A stretch of DNA of 64,000 nt from Paraphysomonas bandaiensis (taxonomy: Eukaryota > Protista > Chrysophyceae). The notes below the pieces were generated by a model. It was not told the origin of the DNA. It searched no databases and saw nothing but the letters and a program-made list of their open reading frames with translations. Where the stretch lies: contig CBFFRP010000410.1 in the NCBI GenBank assembly GCA_965644295.1, forward strand, positions 62,001 through 126,000, given 5' to 3'. The translations under genes and the position numbers were made by a program. Of the stretch, positions 13,111 through 26,604 are shown one piece after another. Each line of letters opens with the position of its first letter. Position 1 is the stretch's first letter.

Positions 13111-14799
13111 ATGACATCTTCCACCCCCGAGAGCGCTGTGCAGAGTGTGTTTAAGTTCTATAGAGAGCGTTGCAGAGAGGAAGCACTACTCACTAGTCAT
13201 GAATACAGACAGGAATACAGACAGGAATACAGTGGTGAGTGGACAGGTCGTGGACATAGATATGACTATATATACACTTACACTCACACTATGATCACAA
13301 TAGGAGGGAGCCATACAGCTTATGCCATGTTACTATGCAAGACCATTAAATCTGTACGTAAGTTCGTTCGTCAGAAGGAAGCGGAGCTACGCAGAGTTGT
13401 ATCTGATGCAAGAGACCGCAGGCAATATACAGATACTCAACTTGCAAAGGTCTGTTATCTTCATGGAGGTTATCTAGAGCTGCTTAACGACACTCGCGGT
13501 GCCCTTGAATCCTATGAAGCTGCTTTAAGTTTCATAAGCAAATCAGCGAATAGAGATCACACATTACATGAGCTCTTCTCGACGATTAAATATTCATACG
13601 AGCGTACCAAGATGCAGCTATCAATTGACAGTTCTCGACTAAGATTGGAAGCATCAGCCCCCCCTAGAGAATGCATCCGCCAGGATGTAGCACATGTAGA
13701 ATATGGGTCGATCAGCTACTCTAGCTTCTTGAATGCATTTGGCTTTACATGCACTCCGGTGGTATTTACCAATGCCGCCTCACATCTCCTAGATATCGAT
13801 TTCTGGTGTCTACCTTCCCTCATGAAACATATAGGCTCAAACACCGTCACACCAAAAGTATATGCAGAGGGTTCATATGAGTGGGCGAACCATGAGGATA
13901 CTGTGTCATGTACCATAGGCGATATCATACGGTCTTCGTTCCCTTCCGATGATGTACCAGGTGATTCTGTCGCGGCTTCCTCCAGTGCAACTGACTCGGA
14001 GAAAACTGCGAAGTGTAAGGGTTCCGAAACCTCGAAGCCGTACTTGGTGGATTGGAGTATACCGCAGCATTGTGCTACAGTGCTGGATATATTACCCTCC
14101 CCCCTTTTAATACCGAGATACTTCTCAGCTGACCTGCTTCAGCTTTGTCCTGAGGGCGTTTTGTATAGGGACACTTGGCCATCATTATTTATCGGCCCCA
14201 AGGGGTCGAAATCAGGTCTACACGTAGATTCATTCGGTAGCAACTTTTGGATGCTACTCATCACTGGTCGCAAGAAGTGGACGTTTTATTCTCCCGACGA
14301 TACGGCTCTTCTCCATCCCACATATCCGACTTCCTTTCAACCTGTTTTTCCTAGTGATGCTGTCAGTTCTGCGGTCCCGTCTTTTGAGGTAGTACTAAAC
14401 GCAGGAGAACTGCTGTTTGTACCCGCTGGAGCACCACACTCTGTAGAAAATCTGACCCCTACTATTGCGATATCAGCTAATTATGTTGATGAGTCTAACA
14501 TCGAGAGCTGTTTACGAAACCTCGAGCTCGAAGGACTGGTGTGTCCTAGATCCAAGGAACTATTTGACCAGTTAAAGTTCATTCACACCAACCACTCGTA
14601 TGATGCTGATAAATCGATGGCAGATAGTAAAGCTGCCTTTACATGGAGAGAATTTAAAGCTAGGAAATTAGTACCACGAAATGATTCCACTACTGTATTT
14701 AATCAAGATAGCTGTAATGGTGATGCTAAAACAGTTGACAGCGATTCATGTGATGTAGGTACTAAACAGCCTAGTTGTAAAAGAATGCGATTGTTATAG
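13111..14799 (+). CDS. JmjC-domain 2-oxoglutarate/Fe(II) oxygenase with N-terminal TPR-like helices
   Basis: WPSLFIGPKGSKSGLHVDSFG (HxD), GRKKWTF, GELLFVPAGAPHSVENL (distal His). Probable 69-nt in-frame intron at 13235-13303. Confidence 0.88.
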   Translation: MTSSTPESAVQSVFKFYRERCREEALLTSHEYRQEYRQEYSGEWTGRGHRYDYIYTYTHTMITIGGSHTAYAMLLCKTIKSVRKFVRQKEAELRRVVSDARDRRQYTDTQLAKVCYLHGGYLELLNDTRGALESYEAALSFISKSANRDHTLHELFSTIKYSYERTKMQLSIDSSRLRLEASAPPRECIRQDVAHVEYGSISYSSFLNAFGFTCTPVVFTNAASHLLDIDFWCLPSLMKHIGSNTVTPKVYAEGSYEWANHEDTVSCTIGDIIRSSFPSDDVPGDSVAASSSATDSEKTAKCKGSETSKPYLVDWSIPQHCATVLDILPSPLLIPRYFSADLLQLCPEGVLYRDTWPSLFIGPKGSKSGLHVDSFGSNFWMLLITGRKKWTFYSPDDTALLHPTYPTSFQPVFPSDAVSSAVPSFEVVLNAGELLFVPAGAPHSVENLTPTIAISANYVDESNIESCLRNLELEGLVCPRSKELFDQLKFIHTNHSYDADKSMADSKAAFTWREFKARKLVPRNDSTTVFNQDSCNGDAKTVDSDSCDVGTKQPSCKRMRLL

Positions 14800-15147
14800 T
14801 ACATATATGCTGTATTATAAGGCTTAAAGTTTTTATAAACAGCAGTAATAATAATTATAAAAAATAATAAACGTTTTGATTTACGTATAGGCATGTATAG
14901 TAAGAGTGCTAGAGGTAGGTAGGTTTCATCCTCGGTTTTCAACTATTCGGATATATATCGTCCCAGAGTCTATATGAAATAATATATCAACAGTTAAGGC
15001 CTATTTAATAGGTATAAACAATAGGGAAAATTAGTAATGACAATGCTTGAATTAGTAATGAGTTAAATTTATTCTATTACTATATATCACATCCTTGTTA
15101 CCAAGCAGGAAATATATCGCACAAGTGAAAATCATATCTGAAACAGC

Positions 15148-16680
15148 CTATACCACATTCAGCGAAAGTGAATAGTTCTTGACACTTCTCACGGGAAGAA
15201 TTCGAGACATAAAATTCGCATCTCTAAGCTGTGAAGCTGTAACGTGAGGATGTGGCCCAGTGGAGGCGGAAGGTGGTGGGCGAGGTACAGAACCCATTGA
15301 TTGGAGGGTTGCACCTGTGTCTCTTTCCGCTGATCGAGACATGTAGTCGGACTCTTTACCCTGAAAAAGAACATAATGCAATGATGATACAAGACGAACA
15401 CATTATCCATTGTAGCCATGTGATATTTGTGTTTCATTAAACGAGTACGCATCGATGGCCATCCAATGCAATGAATATAACTCGTAGGTAGCGTTGCTAA
15501 TACAGTATATACTAACGAATCGTAGTTGCTACTAACTGACCTCTCTGTGGGTAATTTCCACCACGACCTTGTCTGAACCAAACTCATGAAAGAGGCGTGT
15601 ATCCCGTATAATAATCTGCAGACCGTCTACACGAACAAAGAGCCTGTGTACACAATACGACACATAAAATATCACTGGTTTACGATTGAGTTGACGAAAT
15701 AATATTCAGGGAACTAATTAATGCTTAAATACACACCGTGGATATTGGCTACATACCTGCTGAGCACAAACCAACAAGTCGGCATCACGCGAATTTTGAC
15801 GTCATATTGTGACTCTCCACAGTCCTGTAGGTCATCCTGTTGACAAACGATAGAGATAACTTAGATTATAGCCTCGTACAGCAATTGTGTCAATGTACCT
15901 GATAGAGTAGAATTTCATCGAAGAATATGATATCATCCTTTGCGCGCAGAAGATCCATATTTATACCACCCGGGGGGCAGGGTGTCCAGTTCAGAGGTGA
16001 CGTTGAAGGTGTTGAAGTGGGCTCAGTTGTCTCTGTTGTTGTAGGCGGAGAAGGAAGTCCCTGAAAAAGCAAAACTTATCGTGATGTGAGACCCGAGAGA
16101 TGGACGACACACATACCGATTGGTTGATAACTTCACCATCGTTCACAATAAACTCCCCCACAGGAGTTTTTACAGAATAATTGTAGTCTGACATATAAGT
16201 CCAATCCCATTTATGCTGTTTCATGCACCTCTGATCAGAGTCCGACCCTTCTGACTGCAGAGTCTCTGTCCACTTATGTGCATATGGAACCTCAAGCACC
16301 TGTAAAGTCTCCGGATGAGTATGTTTCAATGCCCAACACATCATTGCATCAGTAGATGTGAATGAAAGTGTCATATGAGAGGGCTCATGATGTAAGACGA
16401 GTGTATCATGAGGGAATAACATGGGCGGTAAGTGGAGATGATCTCCATTAATAACTATCACATCATCATTACGTGGATCCACTCCACAATGTGAACTAAT
16501 ATGTCTTTGCATATGTATAGTTTGAGTTTCATCAGCTATCTTACTATGACTTGTCGATATCTTCCAGCCTTTATAAGTCACGCCACTCGAGGCTGCTGCT
16601 GCTGAGGATAAGGGGCTTGATAGCTCATTCACACCGTGTTTATCTAAGATATCTTGAGAGGCGATAACAGCAGTTCTCAT
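15148..16680 (-). CDS. TIP41: TIP41/TIPRL-like PP2A regulator (multi-exon)
   Basis: LPPMLF, WDWTYMSDY, INMDLL..KDDIIFFDEILLYQ|DDLQDCG, KIRVMPTCWFVL, RVDG...RDTRLFHEF across exons. Confidence 0.88.
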
Positions 16681-17302
16681 AGTGTTGATGGATTGGTAAT
16701 GTATCGTATAATAGTGTATGTAGAGTGAGATAGAGAGTGATTCTATGTATATATATGTATATATGGAACATTTCATACTTTAGATTGTGTTGATTATGTG
16801 CTGTGGAATACGTACAGCAGTATAGTATGTATAGATATTCTATGTATGTATGTACAGTAGGAGAGACTCTGTATATGAAGTAGAGTGTATTTATATTATG
16901 TACAATAGTACCTATCATGTATGTAGGTGGGGTGTCTTATTAATGCAAAAACACACTCACCATACATCAAACGGTTGTTAAACGTACCATTCCCTCACGA
17001 CTGATGACACTATACGTATTACGGCCAAATACAGTGTCCACACGGAGGTCGATGTCAGTACGACTCTCGTTTTGTTTGTGTTACAAGAAATACCACTTTT
17101 TGACACAATAAAACCCAAAAAGCTCTCTATATGCAGGAGTTTTATACAGATTTTTGTAGTAGCAGTCGCATATGTACAGGACCATCCATACATACCTACC
17201 TAAACCTCATATGTCCGTCCACTCATTGTACTGCAATCTTGCTACCTTAAAATATAGTGCTGCATAATAACCAACATAGTACGTATTAAGTAATTGATTC
17301 AT

Positions 17303-18607
17303 ATGATCGATATAGTGTACCCTAAACATGACATGTGCTGGGCCATGGAGGTGGAATGGTCTCACGCTAGACGTGTTCACGACACACTGCGAGTGCAAGG
17401 AGTGGAGTCCGTATGTGTCCCTGGACACCGGCCATCTCAAGACCCCTCTCTCATATACAGCCGTACAAACCTTATTAATGAGCACCTCCTTCCCTCTGAG
17501 TGCTGTAAATACATCCACCGCATGTTCTATGTCCCATATTCATGCTATGATATGAGCTTGATGCACTCCAATTCAGTATTACAGGATGCTGTTGTAAAAC
17601 GCGCTGTTTTTAAGGTCCTTGCATCGCCAAAGCCGCTAGAGAGGTCTATTGTAGATGTGCTTATTCGAGACTCGGATGAAGATGGCAACCCACTGCAGCC
17701 CATTGTCTCACCGGAGTGTATTCACCCCAGCCTAAACACTCATATAATCCACTGTATATACAGCCCCAACGAAGGTTTATTTCGATGGGGAATCACGAGC
17801 AAAGAAGAGTCTGAAAGTTACTCTCTATCTGCCGAGTGTCTCCTTGGGGTGGTTGCTGCATCCCATTCCGCTCTACCGTCGCCACCTGTTTGCCGCGCGT
17901 ATCACAAGATGCAGGAGATTGTAGAAATATATTTTCCCAAGTGGGGTTGGGCTTTGCCGAATAAAGATCACCTCCTGGCAGTGGATGTGGGGGCCAGTCC
18001 GGGCGGATGGACGCAATATATAGCCCCATTGTGCAAACGAGTGTTATCCATTGACCCAGGCGAGATCCGCCCCTGTGTCCGTAGTTTGCCAACTGTCACG
18101 CACTCTCAGCATTTAGCAGAGTCGTGTGAGGCCCAGCAAGACCTCTGTTCTTTCACGCACTCTGGTGAATCGCAATATAGTCCAGTATCGCTCTGTGTAT
18201 GTGACGTTAATTTCGAGGGGTACCTTGCCGCCGACATGCTAGTGGAGAGTATTCTCCCTCACATGTCAGTTACACCATCTGCAGCACATATATCTCTTTG
18301 TCACTTGTGTTCTGCACACTCTATTCCCCCATTACAATCGGACTGTGCCAACGTATTCTCAGGCTCTTCAGTGCCGAGTTACCTAGTGTTAACACTCAAA
18401 CTACCCAAGAATCCTAGTCAGAGAAAAATAGAAAGTAGCTTTAACTCGGCTTGCAGGTCCCTAAGCAGAGGGTATACGTACCAGGAAAGCAAGGGGAACT
18501 CCCCGAGAACAGTAGCTGTGAAATGTATAGATTTTAAGATGATTCATTTAAATGCGAACTCTAGAAATGAACGCACGCTTGTATGTAGAGTTGTGGTGCT
18601 TTCATGA
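17303..18607 (+). CDS. FtsJ/RlmM-like 2'-O-ribose RNA methyltransferase
   Basis: CRAYHKMQE, AVDVGASPGGWTQY, CVCDVN, LTLKLP and N..NERTL give the K-D-K-E tetrad layout. Start codon uncertain. Confidence 0.8.
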   Translation: MIDIVYPKHDMCWAMEVEWSHARRVHDTLRVQGVESVCVPGHRPSQDPSLIYSRTNLINEHLLPSECCKYIHRMFYVPYSCYDMSLMHSNSVLQDAVVKRAVFKVLASPKPLERSIVDVLIRDSDEDGNPLQPIVSPECIHPSLNTHIIHCIYSPNEGLFRWGITSKEESESYSLSAECLLGVVAASHSALPSPPVCRAYHKMQEIVEIYFPKWGWALPNKDHLLAVDVGASPGGWTQYIAPLCKRVLSIDPGEIRPCVRSLPTVTHSQHLAESCEAQQDLCSFTHSGESQYSPVSLCVCDVNFEGYLAADMLVESILPHMSVTPSAAHISLCHLCSAHSIPPLQSDCANVFSGSSVPSYLVLTLKLPKNPSQRKIESSFNSACRSLSRGYTYQESKGNSPRTVAVKCIDFKMIHLNANSRNERTLVCRVVVLS

Positions 18608-19952
18608 GTGCGTGTTGAAGTGCTAATTATTTGTTTTCGTACTATATAATGTTTAATAAATATCATAACACTTAACCGTTTACTCTATCATGGCGCAACC
18701 TAGCTACGTGCTTTCACAATTCCAGATTTCTTGGTAGATGAGTCTGTGAATATGTCACAATATTTAATTTACTTAACTCCGTCATTGCTCTAATAAACGG
18801 ACTGTGTAAATATAAATGAGCTAACTTAGTTCTATCGTGCTTTTTTTCACAGGATTCTATGTGTACGTCCAACATCTTCCGGAGTAGCTATATTTATCCC
18901 TCTGGGCTGCGTAGACCTTCGAGTATTTGAAACAGGTCTGACAAAATAGAGTACACTTCAAACATTTACTGAATACTTTGAGAGCAAAAGCCATACTTTG
19001 ACGAGTTACATCTATTAACTGTATGTACTACTATATATGTAAACACTGATCTGTATATGTAAACACTATATATTATATATACTATATCTTCACTCGTTGA
19101 AATATATCTGACCTGTGGTGATACAGTAGATTCATATATATATCTTTAAGGTTATAAGTTATTATTATTTTTGATTTCAAAGTAATTACAAACAATAGAC
19201 TTGTAGGGCATTCTTAGTAGGGAGTGCATCATATGGCTTACAGGTGTATGTAATATGTCTGCATTGGCGACTTTCAAGTCTACAATTGGAAATAGTGTTC
19301 TTATACTGCTGTCTTATGAAATTCCATGTCATGCATCCTCCATAGCCCTTGCAATATAGCTATAGATATTGAGGGCTCAGACGGTGGACAAACTTGTACA
19401 ATGATAACATGCGCGCCCAAAACCCTTTTCCCGAATTTGGTATTTTTGGGTATATATTTCAGATTGTTGGGGTTTTTGTATGTACTGAAAACTAAAATAT
19501 GATGGTTTTTAGTGGCCAGAAGTGTTCGTACTGCACTTGTATAATAGAACATCATTGTCGTACGATGAAGGGAAGATGGTCGGATGGATATTAAACAGAA
19601 GAGAGAAGTGAGATGTTCTTGTGTATCTTCAATGACCATACATATACATTCACATACGCACTTTATATATATATCCCCAATATATATATGGGTATGTCCT
19701 ATACATACATACATACTATTCATCACATAGCTAATGATTGAACTTCTCTTCTTCTCATCCATCAGTTGGCCTGAAGTCTATACAATAAGCCAATCAATTC
19801 TCTTCTAACTACTCTTCATATCACTGTATAGTCTGTAATAGAACACTCATATATTACTCACTTCGACTTCGACTTCGACTTCATCTTCTTTTATCATACA
19901 CTTCACGCCATCATACATACATAGATCTCCATACACTCATATATACAGTCAT

Positions 19953-22328
19953 ATGAGGTGCTTTGGTATACATATACGATCACTATATCCACGTGAGATA
20001 TGCGTCATATTAACTATCGCTGCTGGGATAGGGCTATTCACTCCATACATTCTTGGATATGAAAGCGATGAATCACATCGTCAAGATCTTCCTATTAAAC
20101 TCATTAATAGGAATATATTTCATGCTTCATTAATCGCTGCATTCTCCTCTGCATTACCCATGACACTTGATACATTGCTAGACTATCATTTACCATTACG
20201 TTATACATTACCAAGATATTTAATGGTGCTCTCTCTATCATTACCAGGCATCTTATCCTTCTATACCACTATGATATTAGATCATCCATCATTTGCTCCT
20301 GTAATTGTTGGAATACATTTACGTGAAATCTTATTACGTGGATCTCTATTAAGTTTTCTATTATATGATGGATGTTCATGGAAGACGATTGCGATTGTAG
20401 GGAGTGTATGGGTGATGACAATGTGTATGTTATATGTATCTTTATGGGAGGCTTATATACCCAATAGAATCAGTATGGAATTAAGTGAGCATATTCGTAT
20501 GGCTACACCAGTATCAGTGGGAATTGTTGTGGGTCTACTTATGTATAGGTGGCGAAAGTCAGTTATATCATCTAATAATGCTCCGGTAGCTCATGTTACC
20601 ACGTTCTATACTTTCCTTTTTGCGTTGTGTATCAGTATTAAAATAGGCGTTCTCTTTATCACAGATGATATGGCATACTCGGGCTTTTCAGATATATTCA
20701 TCTGTATTCTTGCGACCACTATACCTGGTCGCCAAGCGAGGCATGAGAAGACGATTGCTGAGGTGAGTGTAGTTGCCTTTTGTATTCTATAAAGTTCTGA
20801 TTAAAGATGTGTTTTGGCAGCATATCATCGAATCGAAACGTGATTATGTAAGCTATCTGTCACACGAAATCCGTACACCTCTCAATGCTGTGTACATGGG
20901 AATCCAACTTCTTACCAAGGAGTGCGCCGGAGTATTGTATAACAAGGATGTGACCGATATTCTCACTGATATTGACAATTCCTGCAAAGTTGCCATAGAT
21001 ATTTTGAATGAGTTTCTGCTGGCTAATAAACTAGAGGCAGGAAATGTTACGCTCGAGAAAGAGATCGTCGATGCTTATGTTATAATCAATGACGTTTCGA
21101 AATCGTTTGATGCCCAGGTATAAGCCTTGCCGTGTCAACAATATTCCCTGGTATGTAAATGCTTGTGATTAGGCAAGGCAGCGTGGTGTGATATACTCCC
21201 ACAGCGGTGATTGTCATATCGATCCAGCGATTTCGAATAATAACGTGCAATTAGACGCGGACTCGCGGAAGCTCAGCCAAGTAATGCGTAATTTGATCTC
21301 TAATGCCTTGAAGTTCACTCCTAAGGGCGGCCGGGTGGATGTATATGCTTATCTGACCCCACATGACGATATTCCTTCGCCGAAGAGGTCACCAACACAT
21401 TCGCTGTATAGTATTCAGCCACAGCCTTTCGTATCACCTACAAGTACAATTCCAACAAAAGCAACCAAACAAGTGGGTCGAGGAGTATACGGTGTGGGAA
21501 GGTCAATCCTGAGGATTGAAGTCCATGATACAGGTGTGGGTATATCACCGGTACGTTAATCTACGTCTACTACTTGCTGTGTAATGTGTAGTATATATTA
21601 GGAGAATGTTCAAAAGTTATTCGGTGAGATTGTTCAGTTTAATGCTGCTCAGCTGCAGAATGGTGGTGGATCTGGTATAGGGTTGTGGAGTAAGTCTTAT
21701 GTCACCTTAGTGTAACCAAACTTATTTATGTTTTTCTCTAGTATCTAAGAAGATAGTCGACCTTCATGGTGGGCGTATTGGGGTCACTTCCGAACTGGGA
21801 AATGGGTCTATGTTTTTTATGGAGCTGGAAGTGGCTGATGTTGCGACTGGGACAGATGTATCCAAGGAATGCAATGACAATCCAGCCGCCGTCGAAATGT
21901 GTGTTTCTGCGCATAACAGTGTGCAAAACATAGGCGTCGACGACTTATGCGAGATGAAGGTACTTGTGGTGGACGACTCGGCAGTGAACCGGAAGATGCT
22001 TACTCGCTTAATTGAACCTAGAGTAGGTCATATTTCTCAGGCTGAAAATGGCCTGGAAGCAGTGACCAAAGTCCGTGAATCCATGGAGCGAAAATCACCC
22101 TTTGATTTGATATTCATGGATGCCACTATGCCGGAGATGTGTGGCATTGATGCCACTATACTCATTCGTGGAATAGGGTACAAGGGCATGCTTGTGTTCT
22201 TGACCGGGAACGTTACCCCGGAGGATAGAGAGCAATTTATGGCTGCTGGGGCAAACAATGTTATTGCAAAGCCGTGCACGTTAGAGACTGTGGAACGCAT
22301 TCTGAGAACGGTTTCTTCAATAACTTGA
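19953..22328 (+). CDS. Membrane-bound hybrid histidine kinase (multi-TM + HisKA + HATPase + receiver), multi-exon
   Basis: H-box SHEIRTPLN, N-box NLISNALKFT, G1 VHDTGVGIS, G2 GGGSGIGL; receiver VLVVDD, IFMDATMPEMCG and IAKP. Confidence 0.92.
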
Positions 22329-22743
22329 CGATGCCATGTTTTTTTACAACTCCACTCGGGTTGGAGTTTTTGTTCTATACAAGCATTTACTTTTTTAATG
22401 CCTTTGTTGTAATATATTCGACCGATAAACAGGTTGAAGGAAGTTTATGAGAATTTCTCGGAGCTATCGATACATTTATTATGCTATCATAGATTTTGTG
22501 GTATTAAGATGAGTTTTGTTGAATGAAGACACTAGACCATATAATATATTTTAAGAATTTTATTCTTTGTTTTAATTACATGGATTCGGGCTGGGTAGTA
22601 ATTAGTAGGTGGACACCACATACTACGTCTAATATCTATGATTTTAACAGTTGCCTCCACGCTACAAATTTACCACTATTACATCCCCCGAGCCCAATAA
22701 GCCAATTGAAATTACATATGTAATACATCGTGCTGTTATTTAT

Positions 22744-23632
22744 TCATCGCATCTTATTCCACACCGAGCCATCATCCCATCTGATGACATTGCTATCGTG
22801 ATCATATGTTCCAGTCAGTGAATTCGGTCCACCTGCGCGCAATACAACCGAAAGAAATAGCTGTGAGTACAGGATATATTCGACATATTGATCATCTGAA
22901 TACAGCGTTCCGGCCCCTACCTTTTGGTGAAAAGTCGACTATGATAGTGTTTCCGCTGGTAGCACCATCCAGAGGTCCCCAATGCGCATCGCCAATGCCA
23001 CGACATCTTTGCATGTCACCAACTGGAGAATCTATAAAACGCGATTAGATATTTGTGGCACATATATACATTACATATTATTACCAACCTCCAAAGATTT
23101 TGGCAGATGTTTCAGTCTCAAAGTTTATCGTTATTGCGCAGTTATCATCGCGGTCCTTAATCATATACTTGCCAGTGAACGGCAGCTTATACCACACACT
23201 CCCATCACTCCATGTGATAGATCTGGATTGACTGTTATATTCACCAGTGGCATCCTGTTTATCACCTTGATATCCATATGATTGTTAGGAGTTTACATGA
23301 ATAGAAACGATCAATGAATGAACTCACTGATATCACTATACTGTACACGTATCTCTGTATCAGACACCATATGAGCCGATACAGGGCCCCATCTCTTATC
23401 ATTGACCCAATTGCATGCTGATCCAGCCCTATAGATACCTCTCATGAACATCAGTGTAGTAGATATACCCGTTAACTGACCCTACATCGGACCCTGTAAC
23501 GGATAGATGGCCTCGTTTGTTCAGTATGGTACGGCCGCATTCAGGCTGTGTGGGATCATGATATCTCCCTTCTAATGGATGAGATGATAAGGTAGGTGTG
23601 ATGTAAAGGAGTGTGTATAGGAGGAGAAGCAT
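22744..23632 (-). CDS. Uncharacterised secreted protein (multi-exon)
   Basis: Signal peptide MLLLLYTLLYITPTLS, then GRYHDPTQPECGRTI, and later exons IIVDFSPKG|GPNSLTG...IRWDDGSVWNKMR*. Confidence 0.55.
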
Positions 23633-24719
23633 GGTTGGTTGTGGTTGAGGGTTATGTTGTTAAGGTTGTGTTATATGCATGGTATGGTGCATATATATAC
23701 ATACACTGATACACTGATACGATCGCCCATAGAGGTAACTGTAGCGTACAGAGGTACGTGCTCAACATATAGCAGTACGTACAGAGTATGTACGTATGTA
23801 CAGCAGTATGGACACTGATAGAGGTACATCCACTATATAGAGCAGTACATTTAGCAAAGTAAGTATGCACGTACTACTGCTGTATAGACATGTACTTTAC
23901 TGTATATGGTGCTGTAGAACGCATATATGATGATGCTGTAGGTATCTTCTGCACACTGTACATTTAGTGGACAACAGCGTAAATATACGATTAAATAAGG
24001 ATGCAGAGGGTGACATGCACTGCATAAGATGCAGTAAGAGCCAACGATGGTCTCCATTAAGAGATAGCTGATCAAATTAGCGTACAAGGGTGTCAGAGTT
24101 GTCACTGCAAGCCAGCACACACACAGTTGCCAGTTCATAGTCTCATCAACATATTTCTACTCAGATGAGGGCATGCTCAGTAATTATTTCTTGATATTTC
24201 TTGCTTTAAGTTATATCTATGTATATGAATTTACTGTGCCTCATAAGATCGACACAAATGAACTGCTCTTCTAGTATACTTGAATTATCGCCGTACATCC
24301 GTAATTTACACACTCTGTACTGCAAGACTTACTTTATTTTAACTGTCCCTATTCTTATATTGTGCAGTTGGAGTTCAGTAATTGAACTTGCTGCCTAAAT
24401 GCCAATAAAGAGTATCATATGCTTGCGTGAAGAGTATGGTATAGTCGTCCACCACCATAGTGCAGGTGAATTCATATGCTTGTCGTATTGAAAGTACACA
24501 CACGAACGGCTGTAACATTCACCACTGAATTCGTACACACTAAAATGAAAACAATGTTGGGCTTTGTTCTAATGAATTGTGTAAAGTGTAAAATAACACA
24601 CGCATGAAACTCGTTCCTCATGTACGTAAAAAAGTAGTAAAAAAGATGTACCAAAGTCAACACGCTTCGACAGCTATAACACATAATTATTAACCAGCAT
24701 GTAATACCACGTATTATAC

Positions 24720-26151
24720 TCAAGATGCCGTTAGAAAAGGCTTGTTCTCAATAAATGTAGATATCATGTCATACAGTCTCTCAGGTTCGTTCATTGGAGC
24801 AAGATGACCAGCCCCGTTCACTACTACCTCCGTCAATGTGTCATACTCTTGGATCCAGCCGGATAGGTGGGTAGATCCATTATACTCCGCCAACCATTTC
24901 TTTCTAGGGGCAGAAAGGTAGTTCTCTCTCCCTGGCCAATCCATCTGCATAATCCATTTTTCGTTGGAAAAGGGGCCGTCTCTCCAGTCAAACTGACCCT
25001 GAAATATGCCAGTATAAATCAATTTCTGGTAGTGATGTCATTCCGCATCGACTTACCTGATAGAGTAATACTCTGATGTGTTCCAAAAGAAAGGGGATCT
25101 TGTCCGCTTGGCTACGCATGGTATCGTCATAGAGTGCAACAGCAAGTTGACTATCCGTACGAAAGGGAACATCCTGGGGAACATGCAGCATATCCTTGGC
25201 TTCCGGACTGTTCAAGAAAGTATCCATACGCTCATCCATGTAATCATAGTTTTCAAAGGTCCGCACATCGTATTCATTAATTCCACTGGTGGAGAGGACA
25301 ATGTCTTCCATCTCAGCTCGATAATCGTGAGCAGCAGTATAGTTCTGCTGGAGACAAGCAGCGCTGGCCTTGAGTGCGGATAACTTAGCAGCCGCGAAGG
25401 TCTTGGCGTCAATCACACCAAAATCATATGCAGCCCGGGGGCCTGCCTCTACTTGAGAACAAGGGTCTGTGAGACCGTCTCCAATAGCTATACCCTGGAG
25501 ATTAATAACATGATTTCCAGTCTCAGCTGCTTTCTTGTTCTCATTGATGACTTTATAAGCAAAAGAGGGGATGTAGTGGCCACCATACGACTCACCAGTA
25601 ATAAAGAAAGGAACATCAGCATACTTCTCATATTGTTTGAACCACTCCTGCATGAAGAAGTACAAGTCCTGGGCAACCTCATCCTGGTTCTTTGCATAGG
25701 CTTCATCAGACCCCGCCACACTATAACCAGTGCCAATAGGCTGATCAACAAACAAAACGTCATAATCACGATTCCAGTTCCCGACAGTTCGAGGCTCCAT
25801 TTCAGCCTTTTCATTAAGATAATACGGACCTAGTTCGAAGAATAGACCCAGCTCACCCGGTGATCCCGGCCCCCCTACACAGCAACACGTAAACCATCAA
25901 CCCTTCATATATATATATATCCATCAAGATAATCACCTACCCTGCAGCCATATGAGAAGGGGTCTGACATCCTCTTCTGAGCCTGTCTGATGAGGAGTAA
26001 ACCAATAGAATATCTTTGATCCATGTGTTTGAGGTCGTGAGTGTGATATGTCTATAAATCCAGACAACTGCTCGATACCTCTCACTGAGGAGGGTATGAG
26101 AGTGAGAAAGGAGATGAGGAGGAGGTAAGGGATGGGGGAAATAGGCTTCAT
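24720..26151 (-). CDS. Serine carboxypeptidase (peptidase S10), secreted/lysosomal
   Basis: Signal peptide, LIWLQG|GPG, FVDQPIGTGYS, TGESYGGHYIP, GIAIGDG, GQFD, GAGHLAP. Confidence 0.95.
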
Positions 26152-26604
26152 ATGTATATGGAGAGTGATTATTTTAATAAGAGGGTTATATGAATGAGGT
26201 GCTGCTATATATGGAGATTGTGCATAGGGAGTACTTAGAGGTTAGTCCAGAGGAGTGCATAGGTACGGAATTTGTACACCAGTACATTTGTGTGTATGTT
26301 TTATATTACCATTGTACGATCGTAGTTGTATAGCAGAGTACATCCCTTTTGTCTGGATTTTTTCTTTAAATATCTATATTTTGAGGATCACATAACCGGA
26401 AATGTCTAATATCCCCACACTATACTAAATATCCCACTAAAAACATGACCTCAACCCACCTCATCAATACATACATGCATACATACATACATATTCATAC
26501 CTCTCACACCATATATATATATATAACAGCACTCTGTCTAGACAACAGAGCCTTCATATTATCTCCCCTCCAACTCCTTATCTCTTTGAAATACTCCTAA
26601 TCAA

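Noticed and set aside
19953-20762. Histidine kinase rhodopsin
   Set aside because: No Schiff-base lysine or DxxxK motif in the last TM helix.
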